A stretch of DNA of 17,560 nucleotides from the IMG/VR virus record IMGVR_UViG_3300045988_177976; one strand, given 5' to 3'. Shown here one piece after another: positions 6,190-14,674 of the stretch. The notes under the pieces were generated by a model. The model was not told where the DNA came from and did no database searches. It was given only the letters and a program-made list of their open reading frames with translations. This DNA is from a virus. Made by a program: the position numbers and the translations under genes. The stretch's first letter is position 1, and every line of letters begins with the position of its first letter.

Positions 6190-6845
6190 GGCGTGCTCCT
6201 TTCGAATTCGATGGCCTGTGGGTTGCGGTGCATGTACGTCGCCTCGGCCTCCTCGCGGGACACCCAATGGTCGGGGTCGGCGTCGCCGATGCCGTTGCCG
6301 ATGGGGTTGCGTGGCGGGAAATGCTCGCGGCCGTCCGTGAACGCGCCCAACTGTTCGTCGATGATGTCCGTGGCGAACAGGTCGTAGCCGCGCGCGGTCA
6401 TGCCGAGCGCGTCGTACTCCTGCGCCTCGAGCCCCATCCCGTCGTAGTCCTTGGAGAAGATGGCGTGGACGCGCACGTTGTCGTACAGGTCGTCGAACAC
6501 GTGTTGGACACTGTCCTCGTGTCCGCGTACCGGCGACCATACCGTGCCGGTGGCCGATTCGGGCAGTTGCGAGCGCAGTCTCGCCTCCATGTCGGTGAGC
6601 GCCTGCGCCACGTCGGCCATGGCCTTGGCGAACGCGTCGTCCCACTTGTCGTCGTCCGATTCCATCTTGTCGATGGTGTCGTTGTACGTGGTGCGCAGGG
6701 AGTCGAGGTTGCATTGCAGGGCCTGCAGCCAGGTGAGCATGTTGAGTGTGTCACGGTAGACGAATGGTTGCACCGTGCTGTACTGCGGGTGCAACGGGGG
6801 CCGCCATGGCACCGTGGGCCAGTGCGGCGTGGGTTTGCATGTCAT
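6186..6845 (-). CDS. Hypothetical structural protein (219 aa, acidic, predicted helical middle)
   Basis: GGAGG lies 4 nt upstream of the ATG, inside the end of the collar gene. It lies between the lower collar and fibre genes and has an ATGA overlap with fibre A. I recognise no family. Confidence 0.7.
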   Translation of the reverse strand: MTCKPTPHWPTVPWRPPLHPQYSTVQPFVYRDTLNMLTWLQALQCNLDSLRTTYNDTIDKMESDDDKWDDAFAKAMADVAQALTDMEARLRSQLPESATGTVWSPVRGHEDSVQHVFDDLYDNVRVHAIFSKDYDGMGLEAQEYDALGMTARGYDLFATDIIDEQLGAFTDGREHFPPRNPIGNGIGDADPDHWVSREEAEATYMHRNPQAIEFERSTP

Positions 6846-6846
6846 G

Positions 6847-7674
6847 TTACCTCCAGCCGATCATATAGGGGTATTCCCCAGTATAGTAGGTGGCCGGTGG
6901 CATCGGGTGCGTGGTCATGGCGTCCCCGCCGCCCCATGTCTGCATGAACAGGCGTTCCAGTTCGTTGACCACCATCATGTCGATGTTGAGCACGGCGGCC
7001 CTGGCCTCCATGATGAGGGATGCGCCGGATTGGGAGCGTCCCGAGCTGTGTGTGGCGCCCTTGCCGTTGGATCTGGAGTGCTGGAAGTCCGTGCGCGCCT
7101 CGCTCGTGTTGTGCGACGTGGAATCCTGTGATCCGGTGGTGTGCGAATCGCCGTGCGAATCGGTCTGCGACGCCTCGGTGGCGTACTTCCGGAAATCGTC
7201 GAGCCGGGTCTGGGGGAACTGGCTGCCGACGGTCATGGCGGAATTGTCCGTCACCGTGTCGGATTCGGATGTGCTGTGCGTGGTGGACGACCCGTCGGAC
7301 GTGTTTTTGGCGCTCGATTCGCCGGTGTTCTCGCTGTCGGATGTGCCCCACATGTCCACGGAGACGAGCGGGTCGTATTTTTTGTCCTCCAGCGCGTACA
7401 GCTGGTTGTAGTACGGCATGACCTCGGCCATGGTGCGCCCCAGGTAGAAGACGAACGCCTGCGGTGTCTCCATGCCGATCTCGCGCAGCCGGTAGTGTTC
7501 GAGGATGCGCCGGTTGAGGGTGTCGCGGTGCGTCTCGTTGTGGAGTGGGTAGTATGCGGCGGACAGGTGCAGGTCGTCGTCCGTGGTGAGGCCCATGGCG
7601 ATGAGTGTGCCGAGTTCCATGGTGGTGTCGGCGCCGGTGTCCAGTAGTGCGAGGTCGGAGTAATCAGTGCTCAT
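6847..7674 (-). CDS. Lower collar protein (phi29 gp11-like)
   Basis: The N-terminal pattern (ILEHYRLREIGMETPQAFVFYLGRTMAEVMPYYNQLY) is typical of gp11-type lower collar proteins. A long Ser/Thr/Asp/His-rich middle follows. It has an ATGA overlap with the portal gene. Confidence 0.78.
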   Translation of the reverse strand: MSTDYSDLALLDTGADTTMELGTLIAMGLTTDDDLHLSAAYYPLHNETHRDTLNRRILEHYRLREIGMETPQAFVFYLGRTMAEVMPYYNQLYALEDKKYDPLVSVDMWGTSDSENTGESSAKNTSDGSSTTHSTSESDTVTDNSAMTVGSQFPQTRLDDFRKYATEASQTDSHGDSHTTGSQDSTSHNTSEARTDFQHSRSNGKGATHSSGRSQSGASLIMEARAAVLNIDMMVVNELERLFMQTWGGGDAMTTHPMPPATYYTGEYPYMIGWR

Positions 7675-8630
7675 GGTTCACGTCCTTCGTCGGGGGTGGT
7701 CGCATCGGTGTCGAGGGTCGCGCCCTGTCCGGTGTCGCGCCAGGTGACGGACAGGTGCATGCCGACCCGGTCGAACCAGAGCCGGTTGATCTGGTCGCAT
7801 GCCTGCTGGCGGCATTTGAGGTACGACTGTCGGTACACGTTCGTGCGTTCCTGCGCGTATTCGGCTTCGTCGGCGACGAGGCGTTCGCGTTTCTCGGTGC
7901 TGGAGTTCTGGATGCCGAGGAATGTGACCATCTCGTTCCAGATCTGGTTCTTCACCTCCAGGAGGTCTTTGGACAGGTTCGGCGTCTGGTTGGGGAAGGT
8001 GGCGAACATGCCGTCCGTGTCCATGGTGTCATACGTGTACACGTAGGGTGCGCCCTGCTCGCGGGCCTGCATCATCTGCTGCACGGTGAGCTTCTGCGTC
8101 TCCTTGGTGCGGATGATGAGCGGTATGGCGACGTTGTCCAGGTTCACGTCGATGGCCTTGTCGCAGTTGGCGAGCCGTATCGCGTAGTCGGCGACGATGT
8201 CGCGCATGGTGGCGCGCAGCGGGTTGTCCCAGACGGGCACGCAGTGCCTGCTGTCCATGGTGCCCGGATGGTACTGGGGGGCGACGGGCGTGAACCTCGT
8301 GGGGTTGTTGTAGTTGTTGAGCCCGCCGATGGCACCCCCGGACACGACGAACCGCTTCCATTCCCTGTTCGGGTGGAACAGGGCCAGGCCGTTCTCGAAC
8401 AGGGTGAGTTCGAGGTACCGTTCGTCGATGCCGTCGGGCAGGCCGTGCCATTCGAACCGGGAGACGGCCAGCATCTCGATGAGTTTCAGGTATTTCTGGA
8501 CGCGCATGGATTGGCGCATCTCGAGTGAATTGTATTGCGGTGCGGTGATGCCGCCGCCCAGCACGCGTTCGGTGACGTTGCGCGTGCACTGGGCGCGGGC
8601 CGCGCGGTTGGATTTCGTTCGACGGCTCAT
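7671..8630 (-). CDS. Portal / upper collar connector (phi29 gp10-like)
   Basis: SRFEWHGLPDGIDERYLELTLFENGLALF and FLGIQNSSTEKRERLVADE closely resemble the conserved gp10 connector blocks. Size is 319 aa and a GAAGGAG RBS is present. Confidence 0.88.
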   Translation of the reverse strand: MSRRTKSNRAARAQCTRNVTERVLGGGITAPQYNSLEMRQSMRVQKYLKLIEMLAVSRFEWHGLPDGIDERYLELTLFENGLALFHPNREWKRFVVSGGAIGGLNNYNNPTRFTPVAPQYHPGTMDSRHCVPVWDNPLRATMRDIVADYAIRLANCDKAIDVNLDNVAIPLIIRTKETQKLTVQQMMQAREQGAPYVYTYDTMDTDGMFATFPNQTPNLSKDLLEVKNQIWNEMVTFLGIQNSSTEKRERLVADEAEYAQERTNVYRQSYLKCRQQACDQINRLWFDRVGMHLSVTWRDTGQGATLDTDATTPDEGREP

Positions 8631-8663
8631 GGGACTCCTTCACGGTGACGGTGTATGTCCATT

Positions 8664-10874
8664 CTAATACCGGTATCCGGGCAGTGGCGCGTTGTCGCCC
8701 CTGTCGCAGGTGGCGATGATGTCCGGGTCGGCCCACACGGTCACGCCCTTCTCGAGGATGCCCTTGAGCGTGAGCTTGAATTCCTCGGGCATGGCCCCGC
8801 GCACCAGTTCCACGTCCTGGCATTTCCAGTACGCGAAACGGCTCATGCATTTGAGCCTGGCGGGGAGGGTCATGTAGCGTTGCACGTAGTAGCCGTAGCG
8901 CAGCCAGACCTCCCCGATGTTGCGTATGGCGGCGTCGTTGATGCGACGCAGGCGCAGGCGGCACTTGTTGTCCCCCAGTGCGATGAGCGCCGCCTCTCCG
9001 CCACTGGTCCCCACCGTGGACGGGGGGATGAGTTGCGCGTCCTGCACGCGGGCGTTGATGCCGGCGATGGTGTTGGCGTAGTCCCCGTGGGCCACTGCGA
9101 CGCCGAGGGCCCTGTTCTGGTCGGCGAACCGTTGCTGCATGGACGCGGCGTCGCTGGCCTGCGTGTAGGCGTTCTCGCTGCTGGCCGACATGGAGGCGGT
9201 GGACAGTGTGTTGTTGATGGAGGTGGCCGACGTGGCGGCGTTGTTCTGGATGGCCATGTGCTCGTATTGCGCGTTCGCCCCGATGGCCAGTGATCCCGCC
9301 TGTCCGGCCAGGGACGCTCCGGCGGCCACCGGCCCGGACGCCGAGGCGAGGGAGCCCGCGCCGGATATGATCGCCTGTGCCGTCTGCCGGGACACCGATG
9401 TGTTCGTGTTGAGTCGGTTGGCGAGGTTGCTGTTCTCGGTCTGTGCGTTCGCCGCGTCCACCTGCAGGGCGTTGAGCGTGCGGGCGAGAGTGCGGTTGCG
9501 CCCGGCGTTGGCCTGGGCGAGCGACGCGCCCTCGCTCGCCTGCGCGTAGGCGTTGTTCACGCCTTTCAGGGTCTTGTCCTGGGACCATTCGGCGTTTGCC
9601 CGTTGCTGGCGGATGCTGTTGGCATTGGATGCGAGCCATGTCTGCGACGCGTTCGTCACCCCCAGCAGCCGGGGGAAATCATCGAATCCCACGGTGATCG
9701 ACAGCCCCTCATTGCCATTGTAGGAGTCCGGGCTGATCCACATGCGCGGGGAGGGTGCCCCCAGCCATTCGAAACTGCGGGCGACAATGGTGTCCGAATC
9801 GAAATACTGCGGTTTGAGCGTGACGCACGACCCGTTTGTGGTGGACAATTCAACGACCGTGTACGGGTAGGTGAGGAATTTCCTCAGATGCCGGTATCGT
9901 GCGGGGAGCGACAGGTTCTCCATGCTGATGAAATGCTCGGCGCGCATGAACTCACGCACGCGGGTCAGCGAACCTATCTCCATGAGCTCGACGTTCCGCT
10001 CGTCGCCGAACAGGTGGAATTTGAGCCCCCATGCGGCCATGCCTGCCGGGGGTGGTGCCTGGTATGTGATGTCCGGGCACAGCCACATGGACAGCACGCC
10101 CTGCGACGCCCATGACTTGCTTTGCATCTGCCCCCAGAATTCGAACATCTCCTTCCTGCCGAACAGGGCGTACACGTTGGCGCCGTTGCTGATCGTGTCC
10201 ACAAACGATCCGTTTGCGGTGAACAGGTGCGGGTTCGAGACGTCGCCCGGATCCTGGGAGAGGTTGACCGTGGATACGATGACCAGCATGGTGTGGGTTT
10301 CGTCCGGATGTGTTTCGCCGGGGTGCGTGGTCTTTGCGAGGTAGTGCTGGTCGACCTGTTTGACGATGCGGTATTCGCTGCCGCAGTCCAATCCTTCGGG
10401 GATGTCGAGGTTCGCGCGCATATGGTATGCCATCTGGCTCTCGTTCGCGACGCCGATGTGCCCGCGCTCCACATACGCCTGCCCCCACGTGCGGTCGAAC
10501 AGGTACGTCTGCCACACGTCGAGGTACACGTTGAGCTGGGTGACGTTCGCGTTCACCTGCACGCAGTCGGTGATGAAATAATAGTAGCGTTTGGTCGTGT
10601 CGAAACCGTACGGCTGCTCGACCACCAGGTAGTTGTAGAGGCTGGCGCGGTTGAATGGCACGTCCACGCGCACCGGCGCGCCGTAGCGTTGCATGGACGC
10701 GCGCGTCACCGTGATGCCGGGCAGTTTGTCGAACCACGCGTCCTGCGCGGCGCGGTCGGTGAACTCGACGACATTGCGGTATCCGCTGTCCCATGGCACG
10801 TTGACCAGACGGAACGTGGAGTTCGGGGCCCAATACGCGTAACTGGAGTTGATGGGCAGTTCACTGGCATCCAT
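8664..10874 (-). CDS. Tail knob / distal tail tube protein (phi29 gp9-like)
   Basis: A 736-aa protein between the capsid and portal genes. The N-terminal pattern (RYGAPVRVDVPFNRASLYNYLVV...RYYYFITDCVQVNANVTQL) fits gp9-type tail proteins. It has a long internal Ala/Asn/Gln/Ser-rich region. Confidence 0.78.
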   Translation of the reverse strand: MDASELPINSSYAYWAPNSTFRLVNVPWDSGYRNVVEFTDRAAQDAWFDKLPGITVTRASMQRYGAPVRVDVPFNRASLYNYLVVEQPYGFDTTKRYYYFITDCVQVNANVTQLNVYLDVWQTYLFDRTWGQAYVERGHIGVANESQMAYHMRANLDIPEGLDCGSEYRIVKQVDQHYLAKTTHPGETHPDETHTMLVIVSTVNLSQDPGDVSNPHLFTANGSFVDTISNGANVYALFGRKEMFEFWGQMQSKSWASQGVLSMWLCPDITYQAPPPAGMAAWGLKFHLFGDERNVELMEIGSLTRVREFMRAEHFISMENLSLPARYRHLRKFLTYPYTVVELSTTNGSCVTLKPQYFDSDTIVARSFEWLGAPSPRMWISPDSYNGNEGLSITVGFDDFPRLLGVTNASQTWLASNANSIRQQRANAEWSQDKTLKGVNNAYAQASEGASLAQANAGRNRTLARTLNALQVDAANAQTENSNLANRLNTNTSVSRQTAQAIISGAGSLASASGPVAAGASLAGQAGSLAIGANAQYEHMAIQNNAATSATSINNTLSTASMSASSENAYTQASDAASMQQRFADQNRALGVAVAHGDYANTIAGINARVQDAQLIPPSTVGTSGGEAALIALGDNKCRLRLRRINDAAIRNIGEVWLRYGYYVQRYMTLPARLKCMSRFAYWKCQDVELVRGAMPEEFKLTLKGILEKGVTVWADPDIIATCDRGDNAPLPGYRY

Positions 10875-10900
10875 GCCCGCACCTTTCCTTCCAAGACAGA

Positions 10901-10926
10901 ACAGGGAGGCCGTTGGGCCTCCCTGT
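10901..10926 (-). terminator. Stem-loop after the capsid gene (partial terminator/attenuator)
   Basis: acagggaggcc (10901-10911) pairs with ggcctccctgt (10916-10926), giving an 11-bp GC-rich stem and a 4-nt loop. On the minus strand it is followed by TCTGTCTT. It sits 24 nt after the capsid gene stop. Confidence 0.5.
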
Positions 10927-10949
10927 CATTGTATCGCATCCGATGTGGT

Positions 10950-12674
10950 TCAGCCGGCCGCCACGGTGACCGTCCTGGTTGCGGTGAGCCCGTATCCGCT
11001 GGCCTTCAGCGAATCCGCGCCGGCCGCACTTGGTGCGGTGTAGGTGTGGGCGGTCATGTCCACGGTGCCATTGGTGGCGGTGACGTCCACGCTGGCGGTG
11101 ACGTCGACCGGGGTGCCGCCCGACACCTCGGCCTCCACCTTGTAGGTGTAGGCGGTGTCGGCGGTGATCTTCGCGGCGGGCTTGCCGTCATGCAGCAATG
11201 TGACGGTGAGCTCGCGGTAGAGGTTGGAGTTCCAGCCGCCGACATACGCGCCGACCACCGGCACGGACAGTGCGGCGGACACCGTCTGGTCGACCTCCGG
11301 GGTGGCGGGGTTGATGTACGTGGCCTGCGCCCTGACCATGAGCGTGGTCGCGTCCTCGTCGAGCCCGCAGGTGATGATGCCGTCGTTGTCGATGTGCGTG
11401 TGCTGGCTCTTCGCGCCCTCCAGCGTGTACGTGATGCCCTTGGGCGTGAAGTCCGCGCCGTCCGGCTGTGCGGTGATGGTGGACACCACCTGCACGCGCT
11501 GGCCGCGCGTCACGTCCTGCGGGGTCGCCTCGTCGTGGCCGAACGCCGAGAGGCGCAGCTGGAATGCAGGCGTGCCCGCGGTGGCCGAGGTCGGTGGCGT
11601 GAACCCCTCCGGCGTGCCTTCGCCGGTCCAGAAGAGGATGGCGTTCGCGACCGGGTTCGGCGTGATGCTGCCGCGGTGCTTGTAGAAGATGTTGTACTGG
11701 TTGCGGATCGGGTCGAGCGGCCCGGCCGTGGTCTCCAGCAGCTCGTCCCAGCGGAAGAGGAAGTCGGTGGTGGTGAGGATCGCCTGCACGCCGTTGATGC
11801 CCATCATGTCCGCCGGGATCGGGATGATGCGGTACGGGGCGACCGCGCGGTCGAGGTTGAACACCGACGCGAGGGCCTCGACGTCCATGGCGGCGATGAC
11901 CTCCGGGGTCGCGAACAGCACGGCCTTGGATTCGTCCCATGGGGTCACCCAGTGCGCGGCGTTGTACCGGCTCATGCCCGACAGCGGCGTGGAGCGGAGC
12001 TTGTCGGCCATCATGCGGATGCGGCGCAGCAGCACCTTGGCGTCCGCCTCGGTGGACGTGTCCGCGCCGACGTCGGGGACGTGGACGCGGTAGTAGCCGC
12101 CCTTGCGCGCGTACTCGGCGAAGCACTGCGCCGCCAGCAGGTACGTGTCGTTCGCGTCGGACTTGACGGGCGCGTCCATGAGTTCGCCGATGAGCGAGCT
12201 CAGGCCCTCCTCGCTGTCGAATGCGGTGAGCAGCGCGTCGGTGGGCACCGACACCGCGTAGTAGTGGTCGAAGGTGAGCGGGTGGTAGATGGTCTTGACG
12301 GGCGCACGGTAGTCGCCGTACACGTCACCCGCGCCGTAGGTCTTGTTGAAATTGCGGTCACGTGCCTCGAGCAGGCCGACCACGGCGTGCTCGTACACGC
12401 TGCCGTACCTCTTGAGGTTGTTGGGTTCGCCGATCTCGCGCAGCGGGTCGGCCCATGACGTGTGCGTCACCCATGTTCCGACGATCTTCTGCACCAACGC
12501 GTTGAAGAACTCGTCGCGCATGAGCGGGAAGTCGCCCATGGCGTCGGCGAAGTCACGCATGTTGCCTTGCGTCGATGCCGGGATGCGCATCTGGAACTGC
12601 GGGGACAGCATGCCCTTGAGGGCGTTGACGATCTCGGCGTTGCCGGTGCCGCTCAACGGTCTGATACCTGACAT
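10950..12674 (-). CDS. Major capsid protein (phi29 gp8-like) with C-terminal Ig-like (BIG2-type) domain(s)
   Basis: It is the largest gene after the scaffold-like gene, in the gp7-gp8 position. The C-terminal roughly 200 aa are beta-rich, Thr/Val/Ala repeats (ITYTLEGAKS..., YTYKVEAEVSGGTPVDVTASVDVTATNGTV) like the Ig-like decoration domain of gp8. Confidence 0.82.
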   Translation of the reverse strand: MSGIRPLSGTGNAEIVNALKGMLSPQFQMRIPASTQGNMRDFADAMGDFPLMRDEFFNALVQKIVGTWVTHTSWADPLREIGEPNNLKRYGSVYEHAVVGLLEARDRNFNKTYGAGDVYGDYRAPVKTIYHPLTFDHYYAVSVPTDALLTAFDSEEGLSSLIGELMDAPVKSDANDTYLLAAQCFAEYARKGGYYRVHVPDVGADTSTEADAKVLLRRIRMMADKLRSTPLSGMSRYNAAHWVTPWDESKAVLFATPEVIAAMDVEALASVFNLDRAVAPYRIIPIPADMMGINGVQAILTTTDFLFRWDELLETTAGPLDPIRNQYNIFYKHRGSITPNPVANAILFWTGEGTPEGFTPPTSATAGTPAFQLRLSAFGHDEATPQDVTRGQRVQVVSTITAQPDGADFTPKGITYTLEGAKSQHTHIDNDGIITCGLDEDATTLMVRAQATYINPATPEVDQTVSAALSVPVVGAYVGGWNSNLYRELTVTLLHDGKPAAKITADTAYTYKVEAEVSGGTPVDVTASVDVTATNGTVDMTAHTYTAPSAAGADSLKASGYGLTATRTVTVAAG

Positions 12675-12677
12675 AGT

Positions 12678-12968
12678 TTACTCCATTTCATCGAACAGGG
12701 CGGCCACGGCGTCGTCCACCGAGGTGTACTGGCGTTCGGGCTCGGGGTCGTGTACTGGCTCATTGAATATCGTATCATGCGCCTTGAGTTCGGCGATGGC
12801 CTTCTCAAGGGTGTCGAGCCGCGAGGTGATGGCGGCCAGATCCACGGACTGCCGCGCCGGTGGCTGCACCTGTGGCTGCGTTTGCTCGGGGGTTGGATCC
12901 TGTGGTGTCTCCTGTGCGTCGAGCACGTCGACATCCTCGTGGACGGTGTCTTCCGGGGTTTCCTGCAT
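12678..12968 (-). CDS. Putative scaffolding protein (96 aa, acidic, helical)
   Basis: It is immediately upstream of the capsid gene (3-nt gap, with GGAG inside its own 3' end). It is highly acidic with a predicted coiled-coil core (LAAITSRLDTLEKAIAELKA). Assigned by position and composition only. Confidence 0.6.
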   Translation of the reverse strand: MQETPEDTVHEDVDVLDAQETPQDPTPEQTQPQVQPPARQSVDLAAITSRLDTLEKAIAELKAHDTIFNEPVHDPEPERQYTSVDDAVAALFDEME

Positions 12969-13006
12969 GGCATGCCTTTCGTAGGACGGTGGATTGGTTC
13001 CCCTCC

Positions 13007-13012
13007 ATTATA
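13007..13012 (-). promoter_or_regulatory. -10 box (TATAAT) upstream of the structural (late) gene block
   Basis: The minus strand reads ttgcccTTATAATggagggg, 38 nt upstream of the scaffold ATG. It lies in the largest internal non-coding gap. No good -35 is present at 17 nt. Confidence 0.45.
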
Positions 13013-13113
13013 AGGGCAAGGAAACGGCCGCCGTTGCAATCACGCGCAGGCGGCCACTGATGCCATGAGAGCCCCGATGGTGTCGGTAGCAGGTCGAAGC
13101 CGGTCGATGCGTC

Positions 13114-13154
13114 CATGCCGCGCCGGAATCTCTTCCGTTGGCGTGTGCGGCATG
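13114..13154 (-). other. Imperfect 41-nt stem-loop in the polymerase-scaffold intergenic region (function unknown)
   Basis: catgccgc (13114-13121) pairs with gcggcatg (13147-13154). Inside are gcc/ggc and ggaa/ttcc helices, a 3-nt bulge and a tctc loop, about 15 bp in total. No U-tract follows. Confidence 0.4.
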
Positions 13155-13177
13155 CTCTGCAGTCCGACGACGCGGGC

Positions 13178-14641
13178 TCAGGACAATCCCGAGTATACAC
13201 GACCGTACCTGCCCGACGCAAACTCGTCCCACGTCGGCACCTCGTCCTCGACATAGCCGGAATGGCACCACAGGTTCCCGCCCTGCACGGTCTCGCCGAG
13301 GTACAGGTTCGACGCCAGCAGGTTCACCCGGCGGAATTCGGCCTCCACCTTGTATTCGCCCTGGCCCCGGCCCATGGGCAGGATGTCGTGCAGCCGTCCG
13401 GCATCCAGCCCGCGCACCATGAACCCGTCCGTGTTGCAGTAGAGCACCTCGCCCCCGGCGCCGCGCACCCGCGCGATGTCCCTGAGGAGGCGCAGCCTGG
13501 CCTTGCCCCATACCGCCGCCGCCAACGGGGTGTACCGCACGCTCGTGGACACGCCGCGGCCGGCGCCGTCGCGGCGGACGGTGCGGAACATGACACGCCC
13601 CCGGTCGTCAAGGCAGGGCACCACCGATACGTCCGCGTTCCGGAGGTGCGCCTGCGCGAACTTTCCGATGAACGCGTTGAGCAGCGTCTTGTACACCCCT
13701 TTGCCCGAGCGGGGGGCCATGTCCTTGAGCCAGCCGAGTTTCGCCGTCGAGGAGGCGAAGAAGGGGGTGCATGTGTCGAACGCGACGCCGCCGTGCACGA
13801 TGAGCTCGGCGTCGCAGGACAGGCGCACCGCCTCGATGTCGTCGCTGGTGAGCGTCATGGGGGCGAAGCCGTTGTCGCATGCGATCGGCGTCTCCCTGCC
13901 CCGCCTGCCGTCCGCCCGTCTGGTGAGCCAATGGGGCATGCCCGGTCGTTCCACGCCCATGACGTCCACCTCGAACACGCCCCACTGGTCGTCGCGCATG
14001 TCCTCCGGGGAGTCCACCTCGGTCGGCGTGCCGTAGGGGAGCCGGCAGGATGCCAGTATGCTCGGATACATGCTGTTCACGTCGAGGTCGATGACGTCAT
14101 GGTATACGCCTGGCCTGTCGAGCCATACCAGTCCGCCCCGGCATGCCTGCGACACCAGCTGCCCGGCGAACCCGCCGGGGGCCGGATAGGTTCGCGCGAA
14201 CCGCTCCATGTGCTTTCGTGGTATGGTCTGCGCGACGGCGGCGGAGCCGGGGGTGGGGGATGTGACCTGCAGGCCGTGGAGCGTGCGCGCGGCCTCGACC
14301 GCATTCCCCCCGTACTCGCAGTATCTGGAGATGTCGAGGAACCGTATGCGGTTCCTCCCGTCGAGCCTGACGGCCAGGGACAGGACGGTGTGGTCGGCCG
14401 AGATGCATCCCGTGCATTCGCCCAGACGCAACCGGGAGGCGTCCGGGTTCCACGGATGCCGGGCGAGCATCATGCCGAGGATGTCCAGGAGGTCGGGCTG
14501 TCCGCCGCACCATACCGTGGCCGGGCAGTCGTCGTAGGGCAATGCCCGGATGAGTTCGCGCATGGAGGACACGTGCGTGCGTTCCCCCTGCAGCCATATG
14601 AGCTCCCCGTCATGGTAGAGCACGGTCTGTGTCGTCGTCAT
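13178..14641 (-). CDS. Protein-primed family-B DNA polymerase (phi29 gp2-like), compact at 487 aa
   Basis: Motif A is DLDVNSMYPS (14060-14089). Motif B is KTLLNAFIGKF. Motif C is YCNTDG (13424-13441). A candidate ExoI is YHDGEL near the N-terminus. The genome context (ITRs, adjacent basic protein) fits protein priming. Confidence 0.93.
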   Translation of the reverse strand: MTTTQTVLYHDGELIWLQGERTHVSSMRELIRALPYDDCPATVWCGGQPDLLDILGMMLARHPWNPDASRLRLGECTGCISADHTVLSLAVRLDGRNRIRFLDISRYCEYGGNAVEAARTLHGLQVTSPTPGSAAVAQTIPRKHMERFARTYPAPGGFAGQLVSQACRGGLVWLDRPGVYHDVIDLDVNSMYPSILASCRLPYGTPTEVDSPEDMRDDQWGVFEVDVMGVERPGMPHWLTRRADGRRGRETPIACDNGFAPMTLTSDDIEAVRLSCDAELIVHGGVAFDTCTPFFASSTAKLGWLKDMAPRSGKGVYKTLLNAFIGKFAQAHLRNADVSVVPCLDDRGRVMFRTVRRDGAGRGVSTSVRYTPLAAAVWGKARLRLLRDIARVRGAGGEVLYCNTDGFMVRGLDAGRLHDILPMGRGQGEYKVEAEFRRVNLLASNLYLGETVQGGNLWCHSGYVEDEVPTWDEFASGRYGRVYSGLS

Positions 14642-14674
14642 GGCAATCCCCTTGTTCCTTTGGATGTGTTCCCG

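Noticed and set aside
10122-12458. A 778-aa plus-strand ORF antisense to the capsid and tail knob genes
   Set aside because: The product is monotonous and Arg/Gly/Val/Asp/His-rich, typical of antisense frames in GC-rich DNA. It has no RBS and overlaps two genes with clear phi29-family signatures on the other strand.
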